Below are positions 21,590 through 35,178 of a stretch of 57,699 nucleotides of DNA, piece by piece (position 1 is the first letter of the stretch; each line of letters begins with the position of its first letter). The DNA is taken from contig JAXLNO010003819.1 of assembly GCA_038087875.1 (NCBI GenBank), positions 6,302 through 64,000 of the forward strand, written 5' to 3'. The notes beneath the pieces are model-generated. The model did not search any database. It saw only the letters and a program-made list of their open reading frames with translations, and was not told the DNA's origin. The DNA comes from Malacoraja senta (Eukaryota). The position numbers were made by a program, and so were the translations under genes.

Positions 21590-22464
21590 ATGCTGACCGT
21601 GACAATTTATTGTCTTCTTGCAGCTGCAGCTCTCTTAACGGGTAAGTTCAGGACGTTTCGAAGCCTGTACATTATATTACTGTAGGGCATGGCATTTAAT
21701 CAATGAAATACCCGGCATGCAATAGAATGACTTTAGAATGGGAATCAGTGAGAGGACTAAACGAAGAGCATAATAAGAATATAGATGCTGTTCCCCACAA
21801 AGTGATGTTAGGAAATTTGAGGTGAATTCCCAGAAATATTGTTGGAAACCAGCGCCTATGGTGAAGCATCGGAGAGTTAGAAAACTCCCTTGTGCTAAGT
21901 ACTAGCGCTCAGCGATTCCTCTTCCCCTCTCGAGATTCAATGATGACGAGCAGATGGCGATGGAAAGGGGCGGATGATTTTTTAAAGATAATTTCATTCG
22001 GTTATTCACAGCGCCTTCCCCCCCCCCCCATCTTTATTTAGCTTTTAGGGGAGGGAGATCTTTGTTGCCGTTCTACCTCAGATCAGTATAATTAATATGA
22101 ATATGAGCAGAATGAGGTGATGTTGTGTTTTCTAACCTCGTACCCGGGCTCTTGCAGGATATTGTAGAGGCGACGCCGTTTCTCAGACACCAGTAGTGGT
22201 AACAGTGAGTGAAGGGGAAGATGCACAGTTGAACTGCAACTATACAACTGCAAGCACGAGCATTCTTGGACTAATCTGGTACCGTCAGTATCCCGGCGGA
22301 TCCCTTGAGTTTCTGCTGCTCAGAACGAAAATCGAAGCCGTCCAGAAGAACAATGCTGGAGAACGTTTTTCTGCGGAGCTCAACCATTCGACAGGAACGG
22401 TCCCGCTGACGGTATCACAAACGCGGCTCCGAGACGCGGCAATGTATTACTGCGCCCTGAACCC
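21590..22464 (+). CDS. TRAV: TCR V segment, lineage B, open
   Basis: Leader 21590-21641, V exon 22158-22464; 23-RSS 22465-22503. Confidence 0.9.
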
Positions 22465-23088
22465 CACGGTGGCGCAGAATTGGGCTGAGCCTGCACAAAA
22501 ACTACCAGTGCACCCACTCATGTATCACCGCGTAAACACAACTTTCTCAGCATCGGCGCGTCCTCGTTGATTGCTGCACCCGTCCCATCGCCAGTGTGTT
22601 TGCTGTCATTAATACTCGATTTTTAAATATTAAAAAACCCATGACAATTAGGTTGAAGAATAGCTTCTAACAAACAAATATTAGGTTCTTGAACACTCCA
22701 AAGCACTAACAGAAGAACTATGAAATGTCTTCGGTTGCATTAAGCATTTCATGCATCTTATGCACATGGACTTGGTTGTTAATTTATTGAATTTTGTTTA
22801 TTGTTTATTATACTTCAGGCCTTGCCCCTCCTGTGACGCCATGGAACAGAAAAAAGGAGGGTTGAGATGATTGGCCAACAAAAGCAATGGTGTGATTGGC
22901 GGAATTAAGAAACTGAGTTAATTCGGGGAGTTGGAGAACAAATTAGCTCCGCGCCAACAGGATGTGACGCTGTCACGAATAAGCCAATCAATGAAGAGCC
23001 TAGACCACAGCTCTTTCACAATATCAGATTAAACCTGTTTCCGGGTGAGCGCATTTCAGTTCATATTCACTCTCAATGCAATTACAAC

Positions 23089-23946
23089 ATGCTGGCCTTG
23101 ACAATGTATTGGCTTCTTACAGCTGCAGCTCTCTTAACCGGTAAGTTCACGACGTTTCCAATAATGTAGGGCATGATATTTAAGCAACCAAATACCTTGA
23201 ATGCAACAGAACGACTTTAGAAAAGGAGTCCGTCTGAGGACAGTAAACGATGAGCGCAGTAGGATAAAAGATGCAGTTTCACAGTAATTGATGTTCGGAA
23301 ATTTGAGGTGAGTTTCCACGTTAATTGTTGGAAAGCAGCCCCGACGGAGAAGCATCGAAGCGTTAGAACACACCGGTGGTCCCCGTACGAGTGCTCTCCG
23401 ATTCCCCTTTTCCTCCCCGGAAGCAATAACAACGTCCAGTACGATGGAACGGGTTGGATTATCTTTAAAGATAAATTTATTCGGTAATTCCCAGCGCCTT
23501 TCCGCCCATCTTTATTTAGCTTTTAGGGGAGGGGTATGTTTGATGTCATTGTACCTCATATCAGTATGAGGATGAGGGGTATTCTGAAGTATGAGCTGAG
23601 TTAGGTGATGTTGTGTTATTTATCCCCGGACTCTTGCAGGGAATTGTCGAGGCGACGCCGTTTCTCAGTCAACGGCAGCGGTTACAGTGAGTGAAGGGGA
23701 TGATACAAAATTGAGCTGCAACTATACAGCTACAAGCACGGTCACTCCTGGACTGATCTGGTACCGTCGGTATCCCGGCGGATCCCTTGAGTTTCTTCTG
23801 CTGAGAACGACATTCAAAGGCGGCCAGAAGAACAATGCTGGAGAACGTTTTTCTGCGGAGCTCAACCATTCGACAGGAACGGTCCCGCTGACGGTATCAC
23901 AAACGCGGCTCCGAGACGCGGCAATGTATTACTGCGCCCTGAGCCC
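23089..23946 (+). CDS. TRAV: TCR V segment, C/B chimera (C''), open
   Basis: Leader 23089-23140, V exon 23640-23946 with C-type CDR1/CDR2 and B-type FR3/RSS; 23-RSS 23947-23985. Confidence 0.9.
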
Positions 23947-24570
23947 CACGGTGGCGCAGAATTGGGCTGAGCCTGCACAAAAACTACCAGTGCACCCACT
24001 CATGTATCACCGCGTAAACACAACTTTCTCAGCATCGGCGCGTCCTCGTTGATTGCTGCACCCGTCCCATCGCCAGTGTGTTTGCTGTCATTAATACTCG
24101 ATTTTTAAATATTAAAAAACCCATGACAATTGGGTTGAAGAATAGCTTCTAACAAACAAATATTAGGTTCTTGAACACTACACAGCACTAACAGAAGAAC
24201 TATGAAATGTCTGCGGTTGCATTAAGCATTTCATGCATCTTATGCACATGGACCTGGTTGTTAATTTATTGAATTTTGTTTATTGTATATTATACTTCAG
24301 GCCTTGCCTGTCCTGTGACGCCATGGAACAGAAAAAAGGAGGTTTGAGATGATTGGCCAACAAAAGCAATGGTGTGATTGGCGGAATTAAGAAACTGAGT
24401 TAATTCGGGGAGTTGGAGAACAAATTTGCTCCGCGCCGACAGGATGTGACGCTGTCACGAATAAGCCAATGAACGAAGAGCCTAGACCACAGCTCTTTCA
24501 CAATATCAGATTAAACCTGTTTCCGGGTGAGCGCATTTCAGTTCATATTCACTCTCAATGCAATTACAAC

Positions 24571-25427
24571 ATGCTGGCCTTGACAATGTATTGGCTTCTT
24601 ACAGCTGCAGCTCTCTTAACCGGTAAGTTCACGAGGTTTCCAATAATGTAGGGCATGATATTTAAGCAACCAAATACCTTGAATGCAACAGAACGACTTT
24701 AGAAAAGGAGTCCGTCTGAGGACAGTAAACGATGAGCGCAGTAGGAAAAAAGATGCAGTTTCACAGTAATTGATGTTCGGAAATTTGAGGTGAGTTTCCA
24801 GGTTAATTGTTGGAAAGCAGCCCCGACGGAGAAGCATCGAAGCGTTAGAACACACCGGTGGTCCCCGTACGAATACTCTACGATTCCCCTTTTCCTCCCC
24901 GGAAGCAATAACGTCGTCCAGTACGATGAAACGGATTGGTTTATCTTTAAAGATAAATTACTCGGTAATTCCCAGCGCCTTTCCGCCCATCGTTATTTAG
25001 CTTTTAGGGGAGGGGTATGTTTGATGTCATTGTACCTCATATCAGTATGAGGATGAGGGGTATTCTGAAGTATGAGCTGAGCTAGGTTATATTGTGTTAT
25101 TAATCCCCGGACTCTTGCAGGGAATTGTCGAGGCGACGCCGTTTCTCAGACACCGGCAGCGGTTACAGTGAGTGAAGGGGATGATACAAAATTGAGCTGC
25201 AAATATACAGCTACAAGCACGGTATCCCCTGGACTAATCTGGTACCGTCAGTATGCCGGCGGATGCCTTGAGTTTCTGCTGCTCAGAACGAAAATCGAAG
25301 CCGCCCAGAAGAACAGTGCCGGTGAACGTTTTTCTGCGGAGCTCAACCATTCGACAGGAACGGTCCCGCTGACCGTGTCACAAACGCGGCTCCGAGACTC
25401 GGCGATGTATTACTGCGCACTGAACCC
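24571..25427 (+). CDS. TRAV: TCR V segment, lineage C' (extra Cys), open
   Basis: Leader 24571-24622, V exon 25121-25427; 23-RSS 25428-25466. Confidence 0.9.
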
Positions 25428-26052
25428 CACGGTGGCGCAGTGGTGGGCTGAGCCTGCACAAAAACTGCCAGTGCACCCACTCATGTATCACCGCGTCAGC
25501 GCAGCTTTGTCAGCATCGGCGCGTCCTCGTTGATTGCTGCACCGTTCCCAACGCCAGTGTGTTTACTGTCATTAATACTCGATTTTTAAATATTAAAAAC
25601 CCATGACAATTGGGTTGAAGAATAGCTTCTAACAAACAAATATTAGGTTCTTGAACTCTACACAGCACTGAAAAATGAACTATGAAATGTCTTCGCTTGC
25701 ATTAAGCACTTCATTCATCTTATGCACATGGACTAGGTTGTTAATTTATTGAATTTTGTTTATTGTATATTATACTTCAGGCCTTGCCCCTCCTGTGACG
25801 CCGTGGAACAGAAAACAAAGGAGGTTTGAAATGATTGGGCAACAAAAGCAATGACGTGATTGGCGGAATTAAGAAACTGAGTGAATTAGGGGAGTTGGAG
25901 AACAAATTAGCTCCGCGCCGACGGGATGTGACGCTGTCAAGAATAAGCCAACGAATGAAGAACCTAGACCACAGCCCTTTCACAATATCAGATTAAACCT
26001 GTTTCCGGGTGAGCGCATTTCAGTTCATATTCACTCTCAATGCAATTACAAC

Positions 26053-26884
26053 ATGCTGGCCGTGACAATTTATTGGCTTCTTACAGCTGCAGCTCTTTTA
26101 ACGGGTAAGTACAAGACGTTTCCAAGCCTGAATATTATATTACTGTGGGGCATGGTATTTAATCAATAAAATGCCTTGCATGCAATGGAATGACTTTAGA
26201 AAGTGAGTCAGTGAGGGTACAATAAACGAAGAGTACAATAAGAATATAGATGCAGTTCCGACCAAAGTGCTGTAAGGATTTTGAGATGAGTTTCCAGGTA
26301 TATTAGACCACGCTCGTGTTCTAAGGTCGTGCGCTCAGCAATTCCTCTCCTCCTCCCGAGATGCAATGATCACGAGCAGGTGGCGATGGAAAGGGGTGGA
26401 TGATTTTTAAATATAGTTTCATTCGGTAATTCACAGCGCGTTTTCTCCCACCTTCATTTAGGTTTGAGTGCAGGGAGATCTTTGTTGCCGTTCTACCTCA
26501 GATCAGTACCAGGATAAGGTGAGCGTGAGCAGAATGCGGTGATATTCTTGTTTTTAACTTCGTTCCCGGACTCTTGCAGAGCATTGTCGAGGCGACGCCG
26601 TTTCTCAGACACCAGTAGTGGTAACAATGAGCGAAGGGGATGATGCCCAGTTGAACTGCAACTATACAGCTACAAGCACGAACAATCTTGTATTAATGTG
26701 GTACCGGCAGTATCCCGGCGAATCCCTTCAATTTCTGGTTCAGAACGAAATTCGAAGCCGCCCAGAAGAACAGTGCTGGAGAACGTTTGGCTGCGGAGCT
26801 CAACCATTTGACAGGAACAGTCCCGCTGACTGTGTCGCAAACGCGGCTCCGAGACGCGGCGATGTATTACTGCGCCCTGAGTCC
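26053..26884 (+). pseudogene. V pseudogene, lineage D (PGES variant)
   Basis: Leader 26053-26104, V exon 26580-26884, frameshift; 11-spacer RSS 26885-26911. Confidence 0.9.
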
Positions 26885-26958
26885 CACGGAGGCAGCGATT
26901 GTACATAAACTACCATTTCCGGATTTCAGTTCATATTCACTCTCCATGTAATTGAAAC

Positions 26959-27659
26959 ATGCTGTCATTGACTATTTATTCGCTTCTTATAGCTGCAGCT
27001 CTCTTAACCGGTATGTTCACGACGTTTCCAAGCCTGTATATTATGTTACTTTAGGGCATGATATCTCATCAATCAAATACATTGAATGCAATGGAATCAC
27101 GTTAGAAAGCCATTCAATGGGAGGATAGTAAGTGAAGAGTACAAAGAGGAATATAGATGCAGTTCCTCAATAGGGATGTGAGGGGATTTGAGGCGTTTCC
27201 AGGTTAATAGCTGGAAACTGGCCCCGGCTGGGTAGAGTCCTGCAGTTGGAACACACCGGTGTTCTACGTAGGAGCGCTCTACGATTCCCCTTTTCCTTCC
27301 GGGACGCAATGATGACGAGCGGAGTGCGATGGAAAGGGTTGGATGATCTTTAAAGATAATTTCATTCGGTAATTGCCAGCGCCTACCCCCCACCTTTATG
27401 TAGCTTTTAGGGGAGGGGTATCATTAATGCCATTGCACCTCGAATCAGTACCAGGATAGGGGGTATTTTCGAATATGAACACAGTAAGGTGATGTTCCGT
27501 TGTTTAACTTCGTCCCCGGATTCTTGCAGGGCATTGTCGAGGCGACGCCGTTTCTCAGACCCCAGCAATGATAACAGTGAGTGAAGGCGATGACGCACCG
27601 TTGAAGTGCAACTACACAGCTACAATCACGAGCAATCTTGGACTAATCTGGTACCGTCA
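26959..27659 (+). pseudogene. V pseudogene, lineage E
   Basis: Leader 26959-27010, partial V exon 27530-27659. Confidence 0.88.
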
Positions 27660-27660
27660 T

Positions 27661-28076
27661 GGCCCTGTCCCACGGTGCGAGTCCACCCACGTGTGATCCC
27701 GAGTTTAAAACAAATCAAACTCGTGGTAATCACGTAGCGGGAACGTCGGAACTCGTAACTCTAACGGCAGGTACTCGGGAAACTTGTTAACTCGTGAAAA
27801 TCTTTCAACATGCTGAAAGATTTCCACGAGTCAGAGTTAAACTTGAAGTAAAAAAATTAAACTTTTAAACTCGTTGTAAGAACGTAGTAGCCCGTGAGTT
27901 TACCGTAGTGACTCGTGAGTCTACCGTGGGCACTCTTTAACTCAGCTGGACAGGCAGCATCTCTGCAGAGATGGAATGGGTGACGGGATGACGTTTCCAA
28001 AATTCTGCTGCGTCTTTGTGTTACTCCAGCACTGTGTGTTCACTTTTTGTCAACCAGCATCTGCCCTTTCTTGTGT
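27661..28076. mobile_element. MITE-like element plus repeat fragment (copy 4)
   Basis: Same sequence as 2780-3195. Confidence 0.6.
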
Positions 28077-28532
28077 ATGACATTATTTGTATCCGTGGCA
28101 GTTGATTGTCGCTCAAATACCAGGCTTTTAAACACGGCAGAACACTAACCTATGAACTATGAACTGTCTTTCGGTGCACTTAGCAATTCAAGCTTTTTAA
28201 TGCACATGGATTACGTTATTAATTTATTGTATTTTGTTTATTATTTATCATACTTCAGGCCTTGTCTCTCCTGTGACTTCATGAAACAGAAAACAAAGGA
28301 GGTTTGAGATGATTGGCAACTGAGAAGCAGTGAGTTGATTGGCGGAATTCAGCGAGTGAGGTAAGTCGGGGGGGTTGGAGAACACATTCGCTCTGTGCCG
28401 AGGGGATGTGCCGTCGTCAAAAATAAACCAATGAATTGAGAACCTAGACCACAGCTCTTTCACAATATCCGATTAAACATATTTCCCGATGAGAACATTT
28501 CAGTTCATATTCACTCTCAAAGCAATCACAAC

Positions 28533-29275
28533 ATGTTGGCCGTGATTATTTATTCTCTTCTTGCAGCTGCAGCTCTCTTAACCGGTAGGTGCACGGCGTT
28601 TCCGACCCTGGATATTATATTACTACGGGGCATGATATTTAATCAATCAACTAGTTTGAATGCAATAGAATGACTTAAGAAAGGGAGTCACACCCATGTT
28701 CTACGGACGAGTGCTGAAAGATTCTCTTTTCTCCCTCCCAAGACAGAATGATGACGAGCAGAGGGCAATGGAAAGGGTTACATGATCTTTAAAGACAATT
28801 TAATTCAGTAATTCCCAGTGCTTTCCCGCCACCTTGATGTGGGTTTTAGGGGAGAGTATTCTTTGCTGCCGTTGTGCCTCAGATCAGTATCAAGATATGC
28901 GGCATTTTCCAGTATCAACATATTGGGATAATGCAATGTAATTTAATTTCTTTCCCTGGCCCTTGCAGGACATTGTCGAGGCGATGCCGTTTCTCAGACA
29001 CCAGTAGTGGAAACAGTAAATGAAGGGGATGATGCCCAGTTGAATTGCAACTATACAGCTACAAGCACGAGCGTCCATGGACTAATCTGGTACCGTCAGT
29101 ATCCCGGCGGATCCCTTGAGTTTCTGCTGCTCAGAACGACATTCAAAGGCGGCCAGAAGAACAATGCCGGGGAACGTTTTTCTGCGGAGCTCAACCATTT
29201 GACAGGAACGGTCCCGCTGACCGTGTCACAAACGCGGCTCCGAGACTCGGCCATGTATTACTGCGCTCTGAACCC
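28533..29275 (+). CDS. TRAV: TCR V segment, lineage A (CDR1 TSVHG variant), open
   Basis: Leader 28533-28584, V exon 28969-29275; 23-RSS 29276-29314. Confidence 0.9.
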
Positions 29276-29887
29276 TACGGTGGCGCAGAATTGGGCTGAG
29301 CCTGTACAAAAATTATCTGAGAACCCCGTCAGGAATCAGCGCGTAAGCGCAGCTTTGTCAGCATCGGCGCGTCCTCGTTGATTGCTGCACCCGTCCCAAC
29401 GCCAGTGTGGTTGCTGCCATTAATACTCGATTTTTAAACATTAAAAACCCATGACAATTGAGTTGAAGAATAGCTTCTAACAAACAGACATTAGGTTCGT
29501 GAACACTCCACAGCACTAACAGATGAACTATGAACTGTCTGTGGTTGCATTAAGCAGTTCATAACTTATCCACATGGACTAGGTTGTTAATTTATTGAAT
29601 TGTGTTTATTATTTGTCATACTGCATACTATGACGCCATGGGACAGAAAACAAAGGAGGTTTGAGATGATTGGGCATCAAAAGCAATGATGCGATTGGCG
29701 GAATTAAGAAACAATGTTAATTCGGGGAGTTGGAGAACAAATTAGCTCTTCGCTGATGGGACGTGACGCTGTCAAGAATAAGCCAATGAATAGAGAGCCG
29801 AGACCACAGCTCTTTCACAATATCAGATTAAACCTGTTTCCGTGTGAGACCATTTTGGTTCATATTCACTCTCAATGCAATTACAAC

Positions 29888-30758
29888 ATGCTGACCGTGA
29901 CAATTTATTGTCTTCTTGCAGCTGCAGCTCTCTTAACGGGTAAGTTCAGGACGTTTCGAAGCCTGTACATTATATTACTGTAGGGCATGGTATTTAATCA
30001 ATGAAATACTCTGCATGCAATAGAATGACTTTAGAATGGGAATCAGCGAGAGGACTAAACGAAGAGCACAATAAGAATATGGATGCTGTTCCCCACAAAG
30101 TGATGTTAGGAAATTTGAGGTGAATTCCCAGAAATATTGTTGGAAACCAGCGCCTATGGTGAAGCATCGGAGAGTTAGAAAACTCCCTTGTGCTAAGTAC
30201 TAGCGCTCAGCGATTCCTCTTCCCCTCTCGAGATCCAATGATGACGAGCAGATGGCGATGGAAAGGGGCGGATGATTTTTTAAAGATAATTTCATTCGGT
30301 TATTCACAGCGCCTTTCCCCCCCATCTTTATTTAGCTTTTAGGGGAGGGAGATCTTTGTTGCCGTTCTACCTCAGATCAGTATAATTAATATGAATATGA
30401 GCAGAATGAGGTGATGTTGTGTTTTCTAACCTCGTACCCGGGCTCTTGCAGGATATTGTAGAGGCGACGCCGTTTCTCAGACACCAGTAGTGGTAACAGT
30501 GAGTGAAGGGGAAGATGCACAGTTGAACTGCAACTATACAACTGCAAGCACGAGTATTCTTGGACTAATCTGGTACCGTCAGTATCCCGGCGGATCCCTT
30601 GAGTTTCTGCTGCTCAGAACGAAAATCGAAGCCGTCCAGAAGAACAATGCTGGAGAACGTTTTTCTGCGGAGCTCAACCATTCGACAGGAACGGTCCCGC
30701 TGACGGTATCACAAACGCGGCTCCGAGACGCGGCAATGTATTACTGCGCCCTGAACCC
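29888..30758 (+). CDS. TRAV: TCR V segment, lineage B, open
   Basis: Leader 29888-29939, V exon 30452-30758; 23-RSS 30759-30797. Confidence 0.9.
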
Positions 30759-31382
30759 CACGGTGGCGCAGAATTGGGCTGAGCCTGCACAAAAACTACC
30801 AGTGCACCCACTCATGTATCACCGCGTAAACACAACTTTCTCAGCATCGGCGCGTCCTCGTTGATTGCTGCACCCGTCCCATCGCCAGTGTGTTTGCTGT
30901 CATTAATACTCGATTTTTAAATATTAAAAAACCCATGACAATTAGGTTGAAGAATAGCTTCTAACAAACAAATATTAGGTTCTTGAACACTACAAAGCAC
31001 TAACAGAAGAACTATGAAATGTCTTCGGTTGCATTAAGCATTTCATGCATCTTATGCACATGGACTTGGTTGTTAATTTATTGAATTTTGTTTATTGTTT
31101 ATTATACTTCAGGCCTTGCCCCTCCTGTGACGCCATGGAACAGAAAAAAGGAGGGTTGAGATGATTGGCCAACAAAAGCAATGGTGTGATTGGCGGAATT
31201 AAGAAACTGAGTTAATTCGGGGAGTTGGAGAACAAATTAGCTCCGCGCCAACAGGATGTGACGCTGTCACGAATAAGCCAATCAATGAAGAGCCTAGACC
31301 ACAGCTCTTTCACAATATCAGATTAAACCTGTTTCCGGGTGAGCGCATTTCAGTTCATATTCACTCTCAATGCAATTACAAC

Positions 31383-32240
31383 ATGCTGGCCTTGACAATG
31401 TATTGGCTTCTTACAGCTGCAGCTCTCTTAACCGGTAAGTTCACGACGTTTCCAATAATGTAGGGCATGATATTTAAGCAACCAAATACCTTGAATGCAA
31501 CAGAACGACTTTAGAAAAGGAGTCCGTCTGAGGACAGTAAACGATGAGCGCAGTAGGATAAAAGATGCTGTTTCACAGTAATTGATGTTCGGAAATTTGA
31601 GGTGAGTTTCCACGTTAATTGTTGGAAAGCAGCCCCGACGGAGAAGCATCGAAGCGTTAGAACACACCGGTGGTCCCCGTACGAGTGCTCTACGATTCCC
31701 CTTTTCCTCCCCGGAAGCAATAACAACGTCCAGTACGATGGAACGGGTTGGATTATCTTTAAAGATAAATTTATTCGGTAATTCCCAGCGCCTTTCCGCC
31801 CATCTTTATTTAGCTTTTAGGGGAGGGGTATGTTTGATGTCATTGTACCTCATATCAGTATGAGGATGAGGGGTATTCTGAAGTATGAGCTGAGTTAGGT
31901 GATGTTGTGTTATTTATCCCCGGACTCTTGCAGGGAATTGTCGAGGCGACGCCGTTTCTCAGTCAACGGCAGCGGTTACAGTGAGTGAAGGGGATGATAC
32001 AAAATTGAGCTGCAACTATACAGCTACAAGCACGGTCACTCCTGGACTGATCTGGTACCGTCGGTATCCCGGCGGATCCCTTGAGTTTCTTCTGCTGAGA
32101 ACGACATTCAAAGGCGGCCAGAAGAACAATGCTGGAGAACGTTTTTCTGCGGAGCTCAACCATTCGACAGGAACGGTCCCGCTGACGGTATCACAAACGC
32201 GGCTCCGAGACGCGGCAATGTATTACTGCGCCCTGAGCCC
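31383..32240 (+). CDS. TRAV: TCR V segment, C/B chimera (C''), open
   Basis: Leader 31383-31434, V exon 31934-32240; 23-RSS 32241-32279. Confidence 0.9.
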
Positions 32241-32864
32241 CACGGTGGCGCAGAATTGGGCTGAGCCTGCACAAAAACTACCAGTGCACCCACTCATGTA
32301 TCACCGCGTAAACACAACTTTCTCAGCATCGGCGCGTCCTCGTTGATTGCTGCACCCGTCCCATCGCCAGTGTGTTTGCTGTCATTAATACTCGATTTTT
32401 AAATATTAAAAAACCCATGACAATTGGGTTGAAGAATAGCTTCTAACAAACAAATATTAGGTTCTTGAACACTACACAGCACTAACAGAAGAACTATGAA
32501 ATGTCTGCGGTTGCATTAAGCATTTCATGCATCTTATGCACATGGACCTGGTTGTTAATTTATTGAATTTTGTTTATTGTATATTATACTTCAGGCCTTG
32601 CCTGTCCTGTGACGCCATGGAACAGAAAAAAGGAGGGTTGAGATGATTGGCCAACAAAAGCAATGGTGTGATTGGCGGAATTAAGAAACTGAGTTAATTC
32701 GGGGAGTTGGAGAACAAATTAGCTCCGCGCCGACAGGATGTGACGCTGTCACGAATAAGCCAATGAATGAAGAGCCTAGACCACAGCTCTTTCACAATAT
32801 CAGATTAAACCTGTTTCCGGGTGAGCGCATTTCAGTTCATATTCACTCTCAATGCAATTACAAC

Positions 32865-33722
32865 ATGCTGGCCTTGACAATGTATTGGCTTCTTACAGCT
32901 GCAGCTCTCTTAACCGGTAAGTTCCCGACGTTTCCAATAATGTAGGGCATGATATTTAAGCAACCAAATACCTTGAATGCAACAGAACGACTTTAGAAAA
33001 GGAGTCCGTCTGAGGACAGTAAACGATGAGCGCAGTAGGATAAAAGATGCAGTTTCACAGTAATTGATGTTCGGAAATTTGGTGTGAGTTTCCACGTTAA
33101 TTGTTGGAAAGCAGCCCCGACGGAGAAGCATCGAAGCGTTAGAACACACCGGTGGTCCCCGTACGAGTGCTCTACGATTCCCCTTTTCCTCCCCGGAAGC
33201 AATAACAACGTCCAGTACGATGGAACGGGTTGGATTATCTTTAAAGATAAATTTATTCGGTAATTCCCAGCGCCTTTCCGCCCAGCTTTATTTAGCTTTT
33301 AGGGGAGGGGTATGTTTGATGTCATTGTACCTCATATCAGTATGAGGATGAGGGGTATTCTGAAGTATGAGCTGAGTTAGGTGATGTTGTGTTATTTATC
33401 CCCGGACTCTTGCAGGGAATTGTCGAGGCGACGCCGTTTCTCAGTCAACGGCAGCGGTTACAGTGAGTGAAGGGGATGATACAAAATTGAGCTGCAACTA
33501 TACAGCTACAAGCACGGTCACTCCTGGACTGATCTGGTACCGTCGGTATCCCGGCGGATCCCTTGAGTTTCTGCTGCTCAGAACGAAAATCGAAGCCGTC
33601 CAGAAGAACAATGCTGGAGAACGTTTTTCTGCGGAGCTCAACCATTCGACAGGAACGGTCCCGCTGACGGTATCACAAACGCGGCTCCGAGACGCGGCAA
33701 TGTATTACTGCGCCCTGAACCC
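32865..33722 (+). CDS. TRAV: TCR V segment, C/B chimera (C''': C CDR1 with B CDR2), open
   Basis: Leader 32865-32916, V exon 33416-33722 (TVTPG...RTKIEAVQ); 23-RSS 33723-33761. Confidence 0.9.
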
Positions 33723-34337
33723 CACGGTGGCGCAGAATTGGGCTGAGCCTGCACAAAAACTACCAGTGCACCCACTCATGTATCACCGCGTAAACACAAC
33801 TTTCTCAGCATCGGCGCGTCCTCGTTGATTGCTGCACCCGTCCCATCGCCAGTGTCATTAATACTCGATTTTTAAATATTAAAAAACCCATGACAATTGG
33901 GTTGAAGAATAGCTTCTAACAAACAAATATTAGGTTCTTGAACACTACACAGCACTAACAGAAGAACTATGAAATGTCTTCGGTTGCATTAAGCATTTCA
34001 TGCATCTTATGCACATGGACTTGGTTGTTAATTTATTGAATTTTGTTTATTGTATATTATACTTCAGGCCTTGCCCCTCCTGTGACGCCATGGAACAGAA
34101 AAAAGGAGGGTTGAGATGATTGGCCAACAAAAGCAATGGTGTGATTGGCGGAATTAAGAAACTGAGTTAATTCGGGGAGTTGGAGAACAAATTAGCTCCG
34201 CGCCGACAGGATGAGACGCTGTCACGAATAAGCCAATGAATGAAGAGCCTAGACCACAGCTCTTTCACAATATCAGATTAAACCTGTTTCCGGGTGAGCG
34301 CATTTCAGTTCATATTCACTCTCAATGCAATTACAAC

Positions 34338-35178
34338 ATGCTGGCCTTGACAATGTATTGGCTTCTTACAGCTGCAGCTCTCTTAACCGGTAAGTTCACG
34401 ACGTTTCCAATAATGTAGGGCATGATATTTAAGCAACCAAATACCTTGAATGCAACAGAACGACTTTAGAAAAGGAGTCCGTCTGAGGACAGTAAACGAT
34501 GAGCGCAGTAGGATAAAAGATGCAGTTTCACAGTAATTGATGTTCGGAAATTTGATGTGAGTTTGCACGTTAATTGTTGGAAAGCAGCCCCGACGGAGAA
34601 GCATCGAAGCGTTAGAACACACCGGTGGTCCCCGTACGAGTGCTCTACGATTCCCCTTTTCCTCCCCGGAAGCAATAACAACGTCCAGTACGATGGAACG
34701 GGCTGGATTATCTTTAAAGATAAATTTATTCGGTAATTCCCAGCGCCTTTCCGCCCATCTTTATTTAGCTTTTAGGGGAGGGGTATGTTTGATGTCATTG
34801 TACCTCATATCAGTATGAGGATGAGGGGTATTCTGAAGTATGAGCTGAGTTAGGTGATGTTGTGTTATTTATCCCCGGACTCTTGCAGGGAATTGTCGAG
34901 GCGACGGCAGCGGTTACAGTGAGTGAAGGGGATGATACAAAATTGAGCTGCAACTATACAGCTACAAGCACGGTCACTCCTGGACTGATCTGGTACCGTC
35001 GGTATCCCGGCGGATCCCTTGAGTTTCTTCTGCTGAGAACGACATTCAAAGGCGGCCAGAAGAGCAATGCCGGGGAACGTTTTTCTGCGGAGCTCAAACA
35101 TTTGAGAGGAACGGTCCCGCTGACCGTGTCACAATTGCGGCTCCGAGACTCGGCGATGTATTACTGCGCTCCGAACCC
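34338..35178 (+). pseudogene. V segment, lineage C, with a 17-bp frameshifting deletion at the start of the V exon
   Basis: Leader 34338-34389. The exon from 34889 lacks ccgtttctcagacaacg, so the spliced frame reads GNCRGDGSGYSE-stop. RSS 35179-35217 with CACGGTA. Confidence 0.8.

Noticed and set aside
22018-22029. Variable poly-C tract in B introns (about 6-12 C)
   Set aside because: Ordinary slippage or long-read homopolymer error; no functional evidence
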